A stretch of DNA of 64,000 bases from an uncultured virus (IMG/VR IMGVR_UViG_3300021368_000006) (IMGVR_UViG_3300021368_000006:1-64000), one strand, 5' to 3'; positions 52,911 to 64,000 are shown, counted from the first letter of the stretch. Program-made: numbers and translations. Notes: generated from the letters alone by a model not told the origin.

Positions 52911-55900
52911 ATGGCAATACCAGCAGACGGCAGACTGAAAATGACGCACATTGTTGCGGAGTTTAAACCAGTAAATAACTCCGCACCCCATTCTCTGTCT
53001 GAATATTATAGAGGTGGTGGTAATGTTCCAGATCGATTTAATAATAGAAATATTCCTGTTGGGCCAAGAGGGCGCACAATAAAATATTCTGATTTTCGTG
53101 GAACATCAGATGCAACACTTCCTTATAATATTTTAATTCCTACTATTTGTGTTGAAGACGCATGGAAATTTATGCGTCTTAAAAATGGAACATTCATGAC
53201 TAGGTGGGATCAGATTAATGATAATAATACTGCCTATTTCACAAGAAATGAAGAACTTGGTTCTGTAAGAATTGATACTCCGCAGGATTGGGAATATGTT
53301 AAGTTAACTATTCCTGCAATGAGTTTCAAGATGGGAACTGAAGAAGGATTTGAACAAGTTGGGTATGAACAACACTGGTCTAACAAAGTAGATAATCAAC
53401 AAGTCTTTGAGGCGGGTGATTGGAAAATTAGAATTCCAAAGGGATACAGAAGACTTAGAATTTTAGCAACTGGTGCTGGTGGGTCTGGTTCTTCACAATA
53501 TATCCCTGGCCAACCTACTGTAGAAGATTATGTTCGTGAAGGATTGGTAGGTACAGAAGATCAAGGATTTGATGGTGAAGATACAACCATTACAATGCCA
53601 AATAATCAGAAGATTAAAATCTTTGGTGGCGTTGGTGGTAAACTTTCAAATGCAACAGGAGAATCTACAACAATTCCTGGCGAAACCACTGATACACTTC
53701 AGACGGAAACTGGAACAGTAACACTTGCAGGTGGGTTTTCAGAGACTGATTATGCAGAAGGTAAGTACAATGGTTCATATATTTTAGAAATTGATAACTC
53801 AAGTTATAAATTTTATTGGCAAAACCAACTTCTTGCAACATCAACCGATATTGCAGAAGATGTTAGAGATAGTTCTGGTTGGGTGTATACTTCGACTTCT
53901 GAAATAATTGACGAAAATTCTGAAGGTACATTAAAGTGGTATAAGATATCCAGAGTTAAAAGTTTAGAGGTCTCTGCAGAAGTTACGGATAGAATATACA
54001 ATAGTATGTTGGAAAGAAATGCTTCTACTACAGAGAAGTCTAGACATGTAAACGCAGACACTGTAGTAGATGTAATTCGTTACATACAGGGAAAGCCTGG
54101 CTTTGTTGATATCATCAATGCAAATACAGACTTTGGCCCAAATACATTTGGAACGCCAGACGGATTTAGATATTTACTTGCTCAGGCAAGCAATTTATCT
54201 ACAAGTACAACAACAAATATTCCAAACTATACTGGAACCGATACTGGTACTATCAATACTAATGGAAATCTCTATCAACACAGAGTTTATGCAGAAAACG
54301 GATCAACCGACAATAACAATCAAACAACAACTATAACTACATCAAATATAGTGGAAGATGCATTCGTTTCGTTTGAACACGTTGGTGACACTACTTATGT
54401 ATATAGTGCAACTTTCACGAATCCGATTACAAACATCCGAGGTACAGTTGCCGCTGGACTGCCTGCGACAGGAGAATATATATTTACTGGTACTAATAAT
54501 GTGAGGTATTACAGAGGTAATCAATTTGCCGGCAGGGACGGCAATGAAATATATCAACTTTGGACTGCATCGACAGCAACTACTGAAGTAACATCTACTA
54601 CTGCAAATACTCCTATTCCTGCAAATTCTGCCACAACAGATTCCGAATTTGTTGTTTCAAGTAGTGGAAATTTCTATTATGAATATAATGCATACTTACA
54701 AAATACTACACAGAGTGTTCGTCCAGAATTAGAAATTTATGTGGACGGTGTTCGTCAAGTTAATTTTACTGGTTCAAGTGCTCCTACTCTAACAGGAAAT
54801 CAAGGAGAAATTAGACTCGCATCTGGTAGATTGAATATTACGAATCCAGACTCCACAGTTAGAGTTATTACTGATTTAAAAACGATAACAACATCTACAA
54901 TTTTACCAGAAATTGATGGAGGTGCGTTTAGTACCCTTTCAAGGAGTGGAACACACGATTTACCACTTGGTGCAACTGGCCAACCAGCTGGGAAGGGCAT
55001 CTTTATTTGGGGTCATAATTTTTATAGATCTCAGAAACTATACACCGACACCAATGGAAATGTCAGTGTTGTACATCCAAGTAGTTCTGACCCAGAAACT
55101 TGGTTCTTTATGACAACAGAAGAAAAGGCTGGCCAGTTTAAAACTCCAGCAGGCACAGGTGGTAACCCGCACAGAGAACCTGTAGGTACTACAGATGCTG
55201 GGAAACCTGTATTTATTTGGGGAAAAAACTTTTTCCGATCATACACATCTATTGTTGAGTCTGATGGGCGTTTTGTTATGCCACATGGGTCGTCAAGTGA
55301 TGAGGAACAATGGTATTATGCAGTTGGTAAAAGGGGTGCTAATTTTACAACTCCAGCTGGATCTGGAACATATACATTAAACCTTGGCTCTGATTATGCA
55401 GGAATGGAACTTTTAATTTGGAGTCATAACAGATGGGTAATTAATGGCAGTGCCACGGCAACCTCAACGAACCCCGCTCCAAGACATCTTGTTTTTGATT
55501 CTGAGGGTAAGGTTGAATTTTATCATACTTCCTTGGGAGATCATGAAGAAGAATGGTACTGGTGTGTTACGGATGGTGGTACTGTGTCTCAACCAACAGG
55601 TGTTGGTGGAGTTTCAATGAATAGTTTCACATTAGAAACTTCACTAGATACAGAAACCATTGATAAAATTTATCAAAAATATGTTGGAAGAAACTCTAAT
55701 GTAATTGACAGAGACCTTTTCCGTCAACAAAATTATACAGTATTCCAAGGTATCAATTATGTTGTGGGTACTGCCGAATATGCAGCACAGTTTGGTTCTA
55801 CAATTACAGAGGAACCTGTTATCATACCTGGCCAGGGAACTATACCAACAAAGAATCAATTGGTTAGTGTTACTGGTGGAGTTGCAACCAATAGAACTTA

Positions 55901-58529
55901 CGCATTATCTACTTTACCAACAAACTCTTTGAAATATACAAGAGATAACTTACAAAGTACTCCATTATCATATCATGCAGACCTTCCATCAAGTGGTGCA
56001 AATATTGTAAGTGCATTGGTTGAAAAATTCCCAATTAATACTTACTGGTTTGAACGTTCAGGATTGGGGGAATTACATTTCTTTAATAATGATGGTGGAG
56101 ATGGTGGTTCTTCATGGCATGGTTCTGGTACAAGTGTTGCTAGTGAATTCCCAACCAATGGAAGTCCATCAGAACCAAATCCAGTATATGGGTCGGGTGG
56201 TGCAGCTGGACAACACGGTGGAAGATATTACAATAGTACATCGAAAAGCGCTACTATTGGTGGCCAGGCCGCTGCCAGTGGATTCTTTGGAGACTTCATG
56301 GTATCGCCCGGCGATATTGTTGATATTAAAGTTGGTAGAGGTGGACAATCAAATCAGACTTCATACTTAGATTTGGTGCCTGGCAGTCAAACTCAAGAAG
56401 GCACTTACGAATCTAACTCAGGAGATGGTGGAGATGGTGTAGTTGTTGTATTTGGTTCTAAAGGAAACGACTATACAAAAATTTCAAAACCTGGCATTGC
56501 ACTGATTGATGATAGGGGTGCGGTTGTTATGTACTCTGTTGCTAACGTGTCATGTGAAGGAAATCAAGAGTTAACTGGTTCGATTTCCTCAAAAGAAATT
56601 CTTTTATTTGGAAAGGGGAAACAGTATTACTTGGTTCATACTTTCCAATTACAAAAAAATGGTTCACAAAAATATCGTGTGTATTTTTGTCAAAATGGAG
56701 AACATTACGCAAAGGTAGAAAACAGTTTAAATGCGCCAGGCCCGTTCTTTAGTCCAGCGCCACCGGCTGGGTATCTACCATCTGTTAGTATATCCACAGA
56801 TCCCGTGAATGCACCAGATGAATATGTTGTCACAGGTGCAAAGAGAAGTGACATCGATAATGATATTCAAAGTCCAGACCCATGGCCGATTAGAAAATGT
56901 ACAGTTACATTTGATACTACTAGGTCAGCGGCGTATGAGAATACAATGACATTTACTAATATTGGTTCTGGTGGGATTGGCCCAGCATCAATTGTATTTG
57001 GTCCGAATGCAAGTACACAAACCATTAAAATGAGTGAAGACGATATCTATGTCTTAAATCCTTCTGGATTAAGAAGTAATGCATCCTCAAAAATGACAAC
57101 AAGAGTAATTGATGACGGAAGGCCTCATCAAACAACTACTGGAACTACAAGTTCTAGTTTAGGTGTGAGAGAATATCCAGAGTATTTCCATTCTGGTAAT
57201 TGTGATGAACCCGCTACAGGTGGTGCATCAGTTTGGGCTCAAGGTAGAGATCAAGACGGAAATACTAGGGTATTCATCAAATACGGAACTGAGGTGATTA
57301 AGGGCGATCAAAATGGTATATTTGGAACTGTTGCCAATGCAGATGGTAGTGGTAGTTGGTATGGATTTGGAGATAGTACTGGGTTTAATCCTTTAGGAAC
57401 TGCATGGTCATTCAATTATGATGATCAAAGGCATCAAACTATAGATTATAATGGGTATCGTTATTATAGAAATGATCGTGAAGAAGATGCTCTTGGTGTA
57501 TGTACCAAGAATGTCAATGATGATTTTACATTTGGTGGCGGCGGCCAATTCGAAATGAAATATACATTATATAAGGTCTTCAGAAGAAAGTTGGGTGGTG
57601 AACCGATAACTGAAGATAATAATAACAGTTGGACTACTCTTGAACTTGAAGACAAAACTGATAATGACTATACTGACTTAAGAGTTACACCTTCGTCAAT
57701 GGGTAACTTCTATGTAGAGGGTGGACTAACACGTTTCTCGTGTTTCTCTTTGGGGGGAACTGGTACTGGAACAACTTGGACTCGCCCACCGCCTGCAGAC
57801 ACAGGTGGCGGTGGCGGTGGTGGTTCTAATACCACTACAACCACTAGCACTGCACCTATAACAGTAGTTACGGATGGAAATGGCAATCCTGTTACAGATG
57901 GAAACGGAAATCCAGTATATTCTGGTGGTGGTGGAAATGATGATAATAATAATGAACCGACATTTTCATCTCACTATGAACCATCAACTGGCACTGTAAC
58001 ATATTTTGATAGTCCTATGACACATGATGAAATTCAATCCCTAAGAGCGGATCAACCAGATGGTGTGTTCTCTACTGGAACAGGACAGACAGGGACAATG
58101 ATTGGCCCAACTAGAGATGACAATATTAGTGATTCTGGAGGTAGTGGTACTTCTGGTCAGTCTGATAAAATTGTTTGTACAGAAATGTATAGACAAACAC
58201 AACTAGATGATTGGAAAATTGCAATGAAGATTTGGGGATTGCATACAAAGACTCATTTGACTCAGTATCATCAAAGAGGTTATCATTTCTTATTCATGCC
58301 TTGGGTTAAAGGAATGAGAAAGAGTACCACCTTAACTAAGTCTGGTGGATGGTTGGCGCAAAGAAGAACGCAACACTTAAAGTATATTTTAAGTAGAGAT
58401 GGTTATGCAGGACACTTAGGTATTGGTGAAAAAGAGAAAGACGATATTGTAGGAAGAATTTGGTGTACTGTGTGGCATCCAATTACTTTTGTAACAGGAA
58501 AAATTCTTTCAATATTTAGAGATAAATAG
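52911..58529 (+). CDS. Tail fibre/adhesin-like protein
   Basis: PHSLSEYYRGG..VP..N.NIP...I..SDFRG N-terminus; Gly-rich segments; internal repeats. Confidence 0.7.
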   Translation: MAIPADGRLKMTHIVAEFKPVNNSAPHSLSEYYRGGGNVPDRFNNRNIPVGPRGRTIKYSDFRGTSDATLPYNILIPTICVEDAWKFMRLKNGTFMTRWDQINDNNTAYFTRNEELGSVRIDTPQDWEYVKLTIPAMSFKMGTEEGFEQVGYEQHWSNKVDNQQVFEAGDWKIRIPKGYRRLRILATGAGGSGSSQYIPGQPTVEDYVREGLVGTEDQGFDGEDTTITMPNNQKIKIFGGVGGKLSNATGESTTIPGETTDTLQTETGTVTLAGGFSETDYAEGKYNGSYILEIDNSSYKFYWQNQLLATSTDIAEDVRDSSGWVYTSTSEIIDENSEGTLKWYKISRVKSLEVSAEVTDRIYNSMLERNASTTEKSRHVNADTVVDVIRYIQGKPGFVDIINANTDFGPNTFGTPDGFRYLLAQASNLSTSTTTNIPNYTGTDTGTINTNGNLYQHRVYAENGSTDNNNQTTTITTSNIVEDAFVSFEHVGDTTYVYSATFTNPITNIRGTVAAGLPATGEYIFTGTNNVRYYRGNQFAGRDGNEIYQLWTASTATTEVTSTTANTPIPANSATTDSEFVVSSSGNFYYEYNAYLQNTTQSVRPELEIYVDGVRQVNFTGSSAPTLTGNQGEIRLASGRLNITNPDSTVRVITDLKTITTSTILPEIDGGAFSTLSRSGTHDLPLGATGQPAGKGIFIWGHNFYRSQKLYTDTNGNVSVVHPSSSDPETWFFMTTEEKAGQFKTPAGTGGNPHREPVGTTDAGKPVFIWGKNFFRSYTSIVESDGRFVMPHGSSSDEEQWYYAVGKRGANFTTPAGSGTYTLNLGSDYAGMELLIWSHNRWVINGSATATSTNPAPRHLVFDSEGKVEFYHTSLGDHEEEWYWCVTDGGTVSQPTGVGGVSMNSFTLETSLDTETIDKIYQKYVGRNSNVIDRDLFRQQNYTVFQGINYVVGTAEYAAQFGSTITEEPVIIPGQGTIPTKNQLVSVTGGVATNRTYALSTLPTNSLKYTRDNLQSTPLSYHADLPSSGANIVSALVEKFPINTYWFERSGLGELHFFNNDGGDGGSSWHGSGTSVASEFPTNGSPSEPNPVYGSGGAAGQHGGRYYNSTSKSATIGGQAAASGFFGDFMVSPGDIVDIKVGRGGQSNQTSYLDLVPGSQTQEGTYESNSGDGGDGVVVVFGSKGNDYTKISKPGIALIDDRGAVVMYSVANVSCEGNQELTGSISSKEILLFGKGKQYYLVHTFQLQKNGSQKYRVYFCQNGEHYAKVENSLNAPGPFFSPAPPAGYLPSVSISTDPVNAPDEYVVTGAKRSDIDNDIQSPDPWPIRKCTVTFDTTRSAAYENTMTFTNIGSGGIGPASIVFGPNASTQTIKMSEDDIYVLNPSGLRSNASSKMTTRVIDDGRPHQTTTGTTSSSLGVREYPEYFHSGNCDEPATGGASVWAQGRDQDGNTRVFIKYGTEVIKGDQNGIFGTVANADGSGSWYGFGDSTGFNPLGTAWSFNYDDQRHQTIDYNGYRYYRNDREEDALGVCTKNVNDDFTFGGGGQFEMKYTLYKVFRRKLGGEPITEDNNNSWTTLELEDKTDNDYTDLRVTPSSMGNFYVEGGLTRFSCFSLGGTGTGTTWTRPPPADTGGGGGGGSNTTTTTSTAPITVVTDGNGNPVTDGNGNPVYSGGGGNDDNNNEPTFSSHYEPSTGTVTYFDSPMTHDEIQSLRADQPDGVFSTGTGQTGTMIGPTRDDNISDSGGSGTSGQSDKIVCTEMYRQTQLDDWKIAMKIWGLHTKTHLTQYHQRGYHFLFMPWVKGMRKSTTLTKSGGWLAQRRTQHLKYILSRDGYAGHLGIGEKEKDDIVGRIWCTVWHPITFVTGKILSIFRDK

Positions 58530-58557
58530 TTGATAAAGTAATGAGAGAAAAAAATTA

Positions 58558-60609
58558 ATGGCACAGAGAAATATAGACCCAAACTACTTTCCTAATTTTG
58601 GAATATCTCGTCAAAGAAATTCGTTTACTTCTGTAATCGGCAACGGCGGCGTAAATAGTAATGATGGTAGTATTAGTGGTGGATTTATGGGCGTTCTTGC
58701 TGAAGATTTGGCAAGAGAATGGCCATTATTTGCTGGTGAACCAATCGCTGGAAATGAATTAATTGATGAGACTCAAACTCTAGTTACAACTCAGGTAACA
58801 AAACAGTTTTTTAGTCAGATATCATTAAACCGCCCATCTTCTGCAAATGGTGGTGGTAGTGGTGTATACGCTGGTGTTGCAAACTTCAGTGAGGTTGGTG
58901 ATGGAACCAATCCAGAGCAACATGTTATGATTTTTCAGACTACAAATCAAATTCTGCCTAAGTCTGGTGCAGTTGCGAGAGGTATTGATCAAAATTATAG
59001 AATAAGATTTGAATTCGACCTTAGACCACGTTTAATGGGTGCTGGTGTTGGTACAACTGGTGATAGAGAATTTAATAATGAATTATATCAATTGAATCTT
59101 AGAATGGCATCACAAGGAAGACCACAATACCAAGAAGGAAATACTGTATTAGAAGCAGAGTATCAACCAGAATACCATCCAGGCTACAGTTATAATGGGA
59201 TTTTAAATAGTGGTTGGGAAAGTACAGTCGGTATTCCAAATCCCATGTATGGATGGTTTAAGGTAAATGTAGGCACATCTAATCAGATTAGTACAGATGG
59301 AACTATTTCAAATCCACAACTTACGACCGATGGATTAATTACATTAGAGAATGGTTCAACTGTTGATACTTCTATTATAAGAATGCCGGGAGAACTAGCA
59401 GACTTGCATTTTGATGATGTAACTATTACTGCAGATGTTGCAAATACAGGGCCGTATTTTGTCTTTGGACAAAACACAGATACTGGTACTTATGGTGTAA
59501 CTCAAGGTTATTACTATCCAGTATACTTGGACAAGGCTGCGGCAGATCAGGCAGATATTAGTGCTGGTGGAACAGGTTCTTCTACAGTTCATACTTTTTC
59601 GGAGTACCCACTTGCAACCTTCTATATGCCAGATACAGGTTCTTCTTTTAATCAGGCAGCTGCCCCTTCTGGAACAGATTATAAGAAATATATCAATAAC
59701 AGATCAATTAGATTTAGAAACAAAAGAAAGGGTTATGGTTGGTTCAAAAGATTTCCAAAAATGAATGCAGAACTGCAAGGAACATACCCATTTTCGTATA
59801 GACTCACTATGACAGAAAAAGGTATTGTTCTTTATATGTATGATGATGCTGCAGCAGATCAGGCAGATGATTATGCATGGTTCTGTATTCAAAGAACATC
59901 AAGTAATGAATCAGGACTTCCAAGAACTGACGAAGCGTCTAAATTCCCTGTTCACTGCATGTACTCTTGTTCTAGAGAAAGTTTTTATTCTTCTGATGCT
60001 GGAATTTACTTTTCCAATCAAGCAGCAAACCTACAGACTGCAGAAGATTTGGTAGACACAGTATTTGACGAAGCGGGAAATATATACAATTTATCAAACA
60101 TGGACAATTCAAAAACATTCTATATATTGAGTCCATACGATAGAGAAGACTATCTTGCGGATGAATGGCAAGCAAAAAATATTTGGAGATTTGTTGTAAG
60201 AGAATTTGATGTATTAAAACCAACTGATGTGCATAAATTTGCAACAAAACATCAGACAGATAGTAATGCAGTTATCAATCCATTAGAACAATTAGCCATC
60301 ACAGATGAAAATAGATTTATTATCACTTTCCCAACTGGACTTACGACACAAAGATATATGTATCCTAAAGAAGAGATGGATATGATTTGTTTTTCTTCTG
60401 CAGAAGTAGTAGCAGAATCCAGTAATGTGCCAATGACAACATATCTATACAATGGTACTAATGTAGATAAAAGAAGATACCAAGGAATGCGTTCAACCAT
60501 GGCGTTTGGAAATGGAATGAGATTACTAGTCTTAGTAAATGGACAATATATCTTTAATAGTGATATCAATCTTGACACATATGACCCTGTAGGAACACCA
60601 GCAGTATGA
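58558..60609 (+). CDS. Virion structural protein, unknown function
   Basis: 683-aa ORF in tail cluster; paralogous to next ORF. Confidence 0.7.
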   Translation: MAQRNIDPNYFPNFGISRQRNSFTSVIGNGGVNSNDGSISGGFMGVLAEDLAREWPLFAGEPIAGNELIDETQTLVTTQVTKQFFSQISLNRPSSANGGGSGVYAGVANFSEVGDGTNPEQHVMIFQTTNQILPKSGAVARGIDQNYRIRFEFDLRPRLMGAGVGTTGDREFNNELYQLNLRMASQGRPQYQEGNTVLEAEYQPEYHPGYSYNGILNSGWESTVGIPNPMYGWFKVNVGTSNQISTDGTISNPQLTTDGLITLENGSTVDTSIIRMPGELADLHFDDVTITADVANTGPYFVFGQNTDTGTYGVTQGYYYPVYLDKAAADQADISAGGTGSSTVHTFSEYPLATFYMPDTGSSFNQAAAPSGTDYKKYINNRSIRFRNKRKGYGWFKRFPKMNAELQGTYPFSYRLTMTEKGIVLYMYDDAAADQADDYAWFCIQRTSSNESGLPRTDEASKFPVHCMYSCSRESFYSSDAGIYFSNQAANLQTAEDLVDTVFDEAGNIYNLSNMDNSKTFYILSPYDREDYLADEWQAKNIWRFVVREFDVLKPTDVHKFATKHQTDSNAVINPLEQLAITDENRFIITFPTGLTTQRYMYPKEEMDMICFSSAEVVAESSNVPMTTYLYNGTNVDKRRYQGMRSTMAFGNGMRLLVLVNGQYIFNSDINLDTYDPVGTPAV

Positions 60610-60648
60610 AGATAGTTTGAGAATTTAGTAAAACAACAAAAAAATTTT

Positions 60649-60656
60649 TATAAATA
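60649..60656 (+). promoter_or_regulatory. T4-type late promoter
   Basis: TATAAATA, intergenic. Confidence 0.7.
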
Positions 60657-60682
60657 TAAAGAAAAATACAAAGGAGATATGA

Positions 60683-63600
60683 ATGTCTATTGCCAGTGGA
60701 TATAGCATACAAAGAAATGACATTATCGATGTCCCTCACCGCAGTCAAGTTGAAACACACAATGCACTGAGTGGGTCTAATACTTATTTTTTAAGATCAA
60801 AAGTTGATATTTCTGATAAGGATTGGGAGTGGGACATCAGAATTGGAGAAACACGTTTTTACCTTAACAGACGTTTTGGTAATAACTCCTTGGTGTCTGG
60901 AGTAACTGCAACTGATGCAGAATTATACAGAGATAAAGTTTATGTGGAAGGTAGTACTTCTGCAGGACAAGGTTCAATTAAATACGATTCTGCATTAGGA
61001 GAGTTCGGTGCAATTATTTTTGCCGACAACGTTAGTCCTATTTCTGGAGAAGTAATTGAAATCAAGTATATCGAACATGTTACACATTTCACAGGAAATG
61101 ATGGTGGACTTTTATTCCAACTGGCACACGATTTAACAGTTCATCCATTTGAATTCCCAGAAATATTTAATTTAAATTTAAGTAGAGATGTAACTTTTGA
61201 TACTGCTGCAGATGGTACTCCCGGCAATGAAATTACCAGTGATTTTACAACAAGTGAAATTCTTAATGAAATTGACGCAGGAACTGGAAATCTTACTGCG
61301 TATCAACAAGTATTACCAGTCCAGTATAATAGAGATTATTCCGAAGATGGTACACCAGCAGACCAATTAGTTGCTGGTAAACTTTGGAAAGTTGTAAGAG
61401 AACATAAAGTAGTTACAGAATTAAACTTAGGTTCGGGTGGTTCAACGCCTTTTGCAAATATTGACCCTACTGACTCAAACACATGGCCATCAATTATTGG
61501 TGATTTCCCACTTACAATTTCTGACCTTGGTTCTGGTGAATTTAGAGTTTCTTTGAATGGAAGAGTTTTGCCAGAAGAAGATTGGGTTGCGACTTCTAAT
61601 AATGTTTCAAGGTCAACTTTATTTAAATTTAAAAGAACAGAGGTAATGCCTTGGGTCGCAGACCTAAGTCAATGTGTGTTTACTATATCTTACCATTGGG
61701 GTAAGACAATTGATGTTCCATACGGTGCATTGGTGGGGCCTAACGGACTTGGCCCACAACAAGAGACACTTTCTGGTGGTGCAAATGATTATTCGTGGCC
61801 GAAAAACAATGGTTCCGACACCGATTACTGGGCGTATTCAAAAGCAACAACATCAGATGGAGAACCAACAGGTACTGCAGTAAATGGTTTTGTTGCAATT
61901 TTCTACGATCAAGCAAATAATACTCCAAATATTACATCTGCGATTACGGCATCTGGACAGAAAGATGAATTGGCAAGTACAGAAGAAGGCACATCTTGGA
62001 TGCTTACATTCCAAGAAAATGATAACTTCCAAAGACCATTCGATTTGATATATCCTACTCCAGTTAGTAACGATAAAGAAGATGTTAAAGATGCATTGAG
62101 AAGAATTACAAATGGATTCTTAGTTGAGTCTAACAAAGGTGTCGATTTATTATCAGATACAAACTTAAGTTTTGCATCAAGTCTCTCTCCTTCTGCAGTC
62201 AGAAAACCACAGAAGTGGAGAATGAGATTTGAGTGGAATGATGATGAAAAATACTTAAAAGTAAATGTTGCAACTGCTTATCAATTGCAAGATGACTTTA
62301 CGATTTCACAACCACAAGGCCGTGATGGTATTAAAAATCCTGTCTATAGAGAGCCCGGCGAATTGTGCGATGTATATACCTCTCCAATGGTCGGTAGAGG
62401 TGCAATCTTACAAATGAGTAAGGCAAAATCACAGTGGTTTAGAAAAACTCAAGTAGAAGACTCAATCTCAACAACATATCCAATGTCTTATAGACTTACG
62501 GTTACAAACCATGGTTTGGGACTTTTCTTATTTGACCATGCATCAGTAGATCAAGATGATGATTATGCATGGTTAGTAGTACAGAGACATGTTGACCAAA
62601 CAACTGGCCAACCAGAGTTTACAGAAAAATCTCCAGTGCATTGTGTATATTCACCATGCAAACGTCCTGTAGATGTTTCTAGTTTGACACCATATTTTGC
62701 ATCACAAGATTTGGATGATTTGAGTAAACCTGCCCCAATTCAAAACTCACTTGGACAAGTTTTCAGATCAGAAGCACCAACTATCTATGTTAACAGAGAT
62801 GGTGGACTATTCAATGGCATTGTCAATGCTATTGACTTTACTGCACTTGGATACGCAACTGGTGGTAATACACAAAACTCACTTGGACAATTATATCACA
62901 CCGATATAAGAGTAGATTTAACTAGAGGTTTTTCTAGTAATGCGATGTCAGAAAATCAAAATCTTTGGGGACAAACACTATACAGACTGCAAGTGGATGT
63001 TACAAACTCGCCTGGCGCAATCGCAGGGGAAACTTTGACGCCTGGTAAATATATTCTGGAATCTGATGCACAAACAGGTGGTGGACGTATTGTTTCATAC
63101 AATTCTTCAAATGGCGAACTACTTGTTAGTGGTTGGTCTGCTGCAAATATTGTTGGAACAACACAGACATATGCTGCTGGCCCTCCAATTGTCCCTGCAC
63201 AGGGAACCATTGAAGAAGGAACATCTAGTTCTGGTGATGTTATGGTAGACTTTACAGTAAATCCATCAGGATCACCACAGTGGATTATTGTACCAACCGA
63301 TGGACTTTCTGGTTCAACATGGGCAGAACAGATACTTGACCCAGTATTTGACCTTCAAATTCAAGGTTTTAACTCATTACCAAGAAGAAAAGATGTCTCA
63401 CTTGCTGCTGGGGCTTCCGCATCTCCCGCTGCTCTTGAACAAGTCACGGTTGGTGGAGGATCTCCAGTATTAGAACATTATGACAGAAGTGGTTCTTTGT
63501 TAACTGCAACTACTCCTATTTCGGCTAATTATGTTCTTGGAAACACTGCAGGAATTTCATTCTCCGAAAATATTGCGTTTCCACAAAACATTATTGAAAG

Positions 63601-64000
63601 AATGTCTACATTTAAAGATGCATCTCAAAGTGGAACAGGTGTTCCTGCTGCAACAGAATCTGTTGGTTTGGTTGATTATAAAGAAGCGGATTCTGCATTA
63701 CTTGATATTCTATTTGGCTCTCCTGTCGGGAATATGGACAAAGTTTTTGAATCTTTGGTTGTTGCATTGGATGATGTTGAGGTAATTAGAGATAGTAATG
63801 CATATATTTTAACGTATGAAGATTGGGTTAACAATGGCGACCCAAGTACAGTTCAAAGATTTATTGAATCTCTAGACGCCGCAGGGGTTGACACGCTTGG
63901 TACAGACTTTAAATTCCCATCTGTAGATGGTAACTCTGTTGAGTGGAATAATAGTCAAATTACGCTTACAACTCCATATACAATTGATTCGGGAACTTCA
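60683..64000 (+). CDS. Large virion structural protein (3' truncated by window edge)
   Basis: AAGGAG RBS; starts MSIASGYSIQRND; start and final codons are in frame over 1106 codons; absent from ORF track, consistent with no stop in the window. Confidence 0.8.
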   Translation, partial: MSIASGYSIQRNDIIDVPHRSQVETHNALSGSNTYFLRSKVDISDKDWEWDIRIGETRFYLNRRFGNNSLVSGVTATDAELYRDKVYVEGSTSAGQGSIKYDSALGEFGAIIFADNVSPISGEVIEIKYIEHVTHFTGNDGGLLFQLAHDLTVHPFEFPEIFNLNLSRDVTFDTAADGTPGNEITSDFTTSEILNEIDAGTGNLTAYQQVLPVQYNRDYSEDGTPADQLVAGKLWKVVREHKVVTELNLGSGGSTPFANIDPTDSNTWPSIIGDFPLTISDLGSGEFRVSLNGRVLPEEDWVATSNNVSRSTLFKFKRTEVMPWVADLSQCVFTISYHWGKTIDVPYGALVGPNGLGPQQETLSGGANDYSWPKNNGSDTDYWAYSKATTSDGEPTGTAVNGFVAIFYDQANNTPNITSAITASGQKDELASTEEGTSWMLTFQENDNFQRPFDLIYPTPVSNDKEDVKDALRRITNGFLVESNKGVDLLSDTNLSFASSLSPSAVRKPQKWRMRFEWNDDEKYLKVNVATAYQLQDDFTISQPQGRDGIKNPVYREPGELCDVYTSPMVGRGAILQMSKAKSQWFRKTQVEDSISTTYPMSYRLTVTNHGLGLFLFDHASVDQDDDYAWLVVQRHVDQTTGQPEFTEKSPVHCVYSPCKRPVDVSSLTPYFASQDLDDLSKPAPIQNSLGQVFRSEAPTIYVNRDGGLFNGIVNAIDFTALGYATGGNTQNSLGQLYHTDIRVDLTRGFSSNAMSENQNLWGQTLYRLQVDVTNSPGAIAGETLTPGKYILESDAQTGGGRIVSYNSSNGELLVSGWSAANIVGTTQTYAAGPPIVPAQGTIEEGTSSSGDVMVDFTVNPSGSPQWIIVPTDGLSGSTWAEQILDPVFDLQIQGFNSLPRRKDVSLAAGASASPAALEQVTVGGGSPVLEHYDRSGSLLTATTPISANYVLGNTAGISFSENIAFPQNIIERMSTFKDASQSGTGVPAATESVGLVDYKEADSALLDILFGSPVGNMDKVFESLVVALDDVEVIRDSNAYILTYEDWVNNGDPSTVQRFIESLDAAGVDTLGTDFKFPSVDGNSVEWNNSQITLTTPYTIDSGTS

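Noticed and set aside
59536..59868. 21-nt near-identical repeat (AAADQAD twice) as a DGR template/variable pair
   Set aside because: Too short, a single mismatch, and no reverse transcriptase in the window

Overview
This is a 64-kb, AT-rich segment of a large T4-like myophage genome. The host is very likely an alphaproteobacterium, based on the two-piece permuted tmRNA with tag ANDNFAPEFALAA and a DUF1127 gene. Positions 1-22.9 kb form a + strand early/accessory region of many small ORFs behind sigma70-type TTGACA-N17 promoters. It carries an alternative oxidase, an alpha/beta hydrolase, an Rmf-like protein, six tRNAs, a SET-domain protein, a peroxiredoxin, a Mom-like DNA-modifying enzyme, an M15 endolysin, tmRNA, a small outer-membrane barrel, PhoH, an exonuclease, and gp33/gp59/gp32. 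Positions 23-28.5 kb form a - strand block (gp4, gp2, gp54/19-like, gp26, gp51-like, tape-measure-like). Positions 28.5-64 kb form a + strand baseplate/tail block (gp48, gp53, gp27-like, gp5, gp25, gp6, gp7, gp8, a DUF4815-type protein and fibre proteins); the last ORF runs off the window. The most notable observations are: (1) the intervening segment of the permuted tmRNA contains a 47-codon ORF with an RBS, and its stop codon lies inside the mature tmRNA, so the excised spacer would be a non-stop mRNA; (2) a probable -1 frameshift joins gp26 and the gp51-like ORF; (3) several promoter spacers are mirrored downstream as inverted repeats; (4) there are three candidate structured ncRNAs. All calls come from reading motifs by eye; no searches or folding programs were run.
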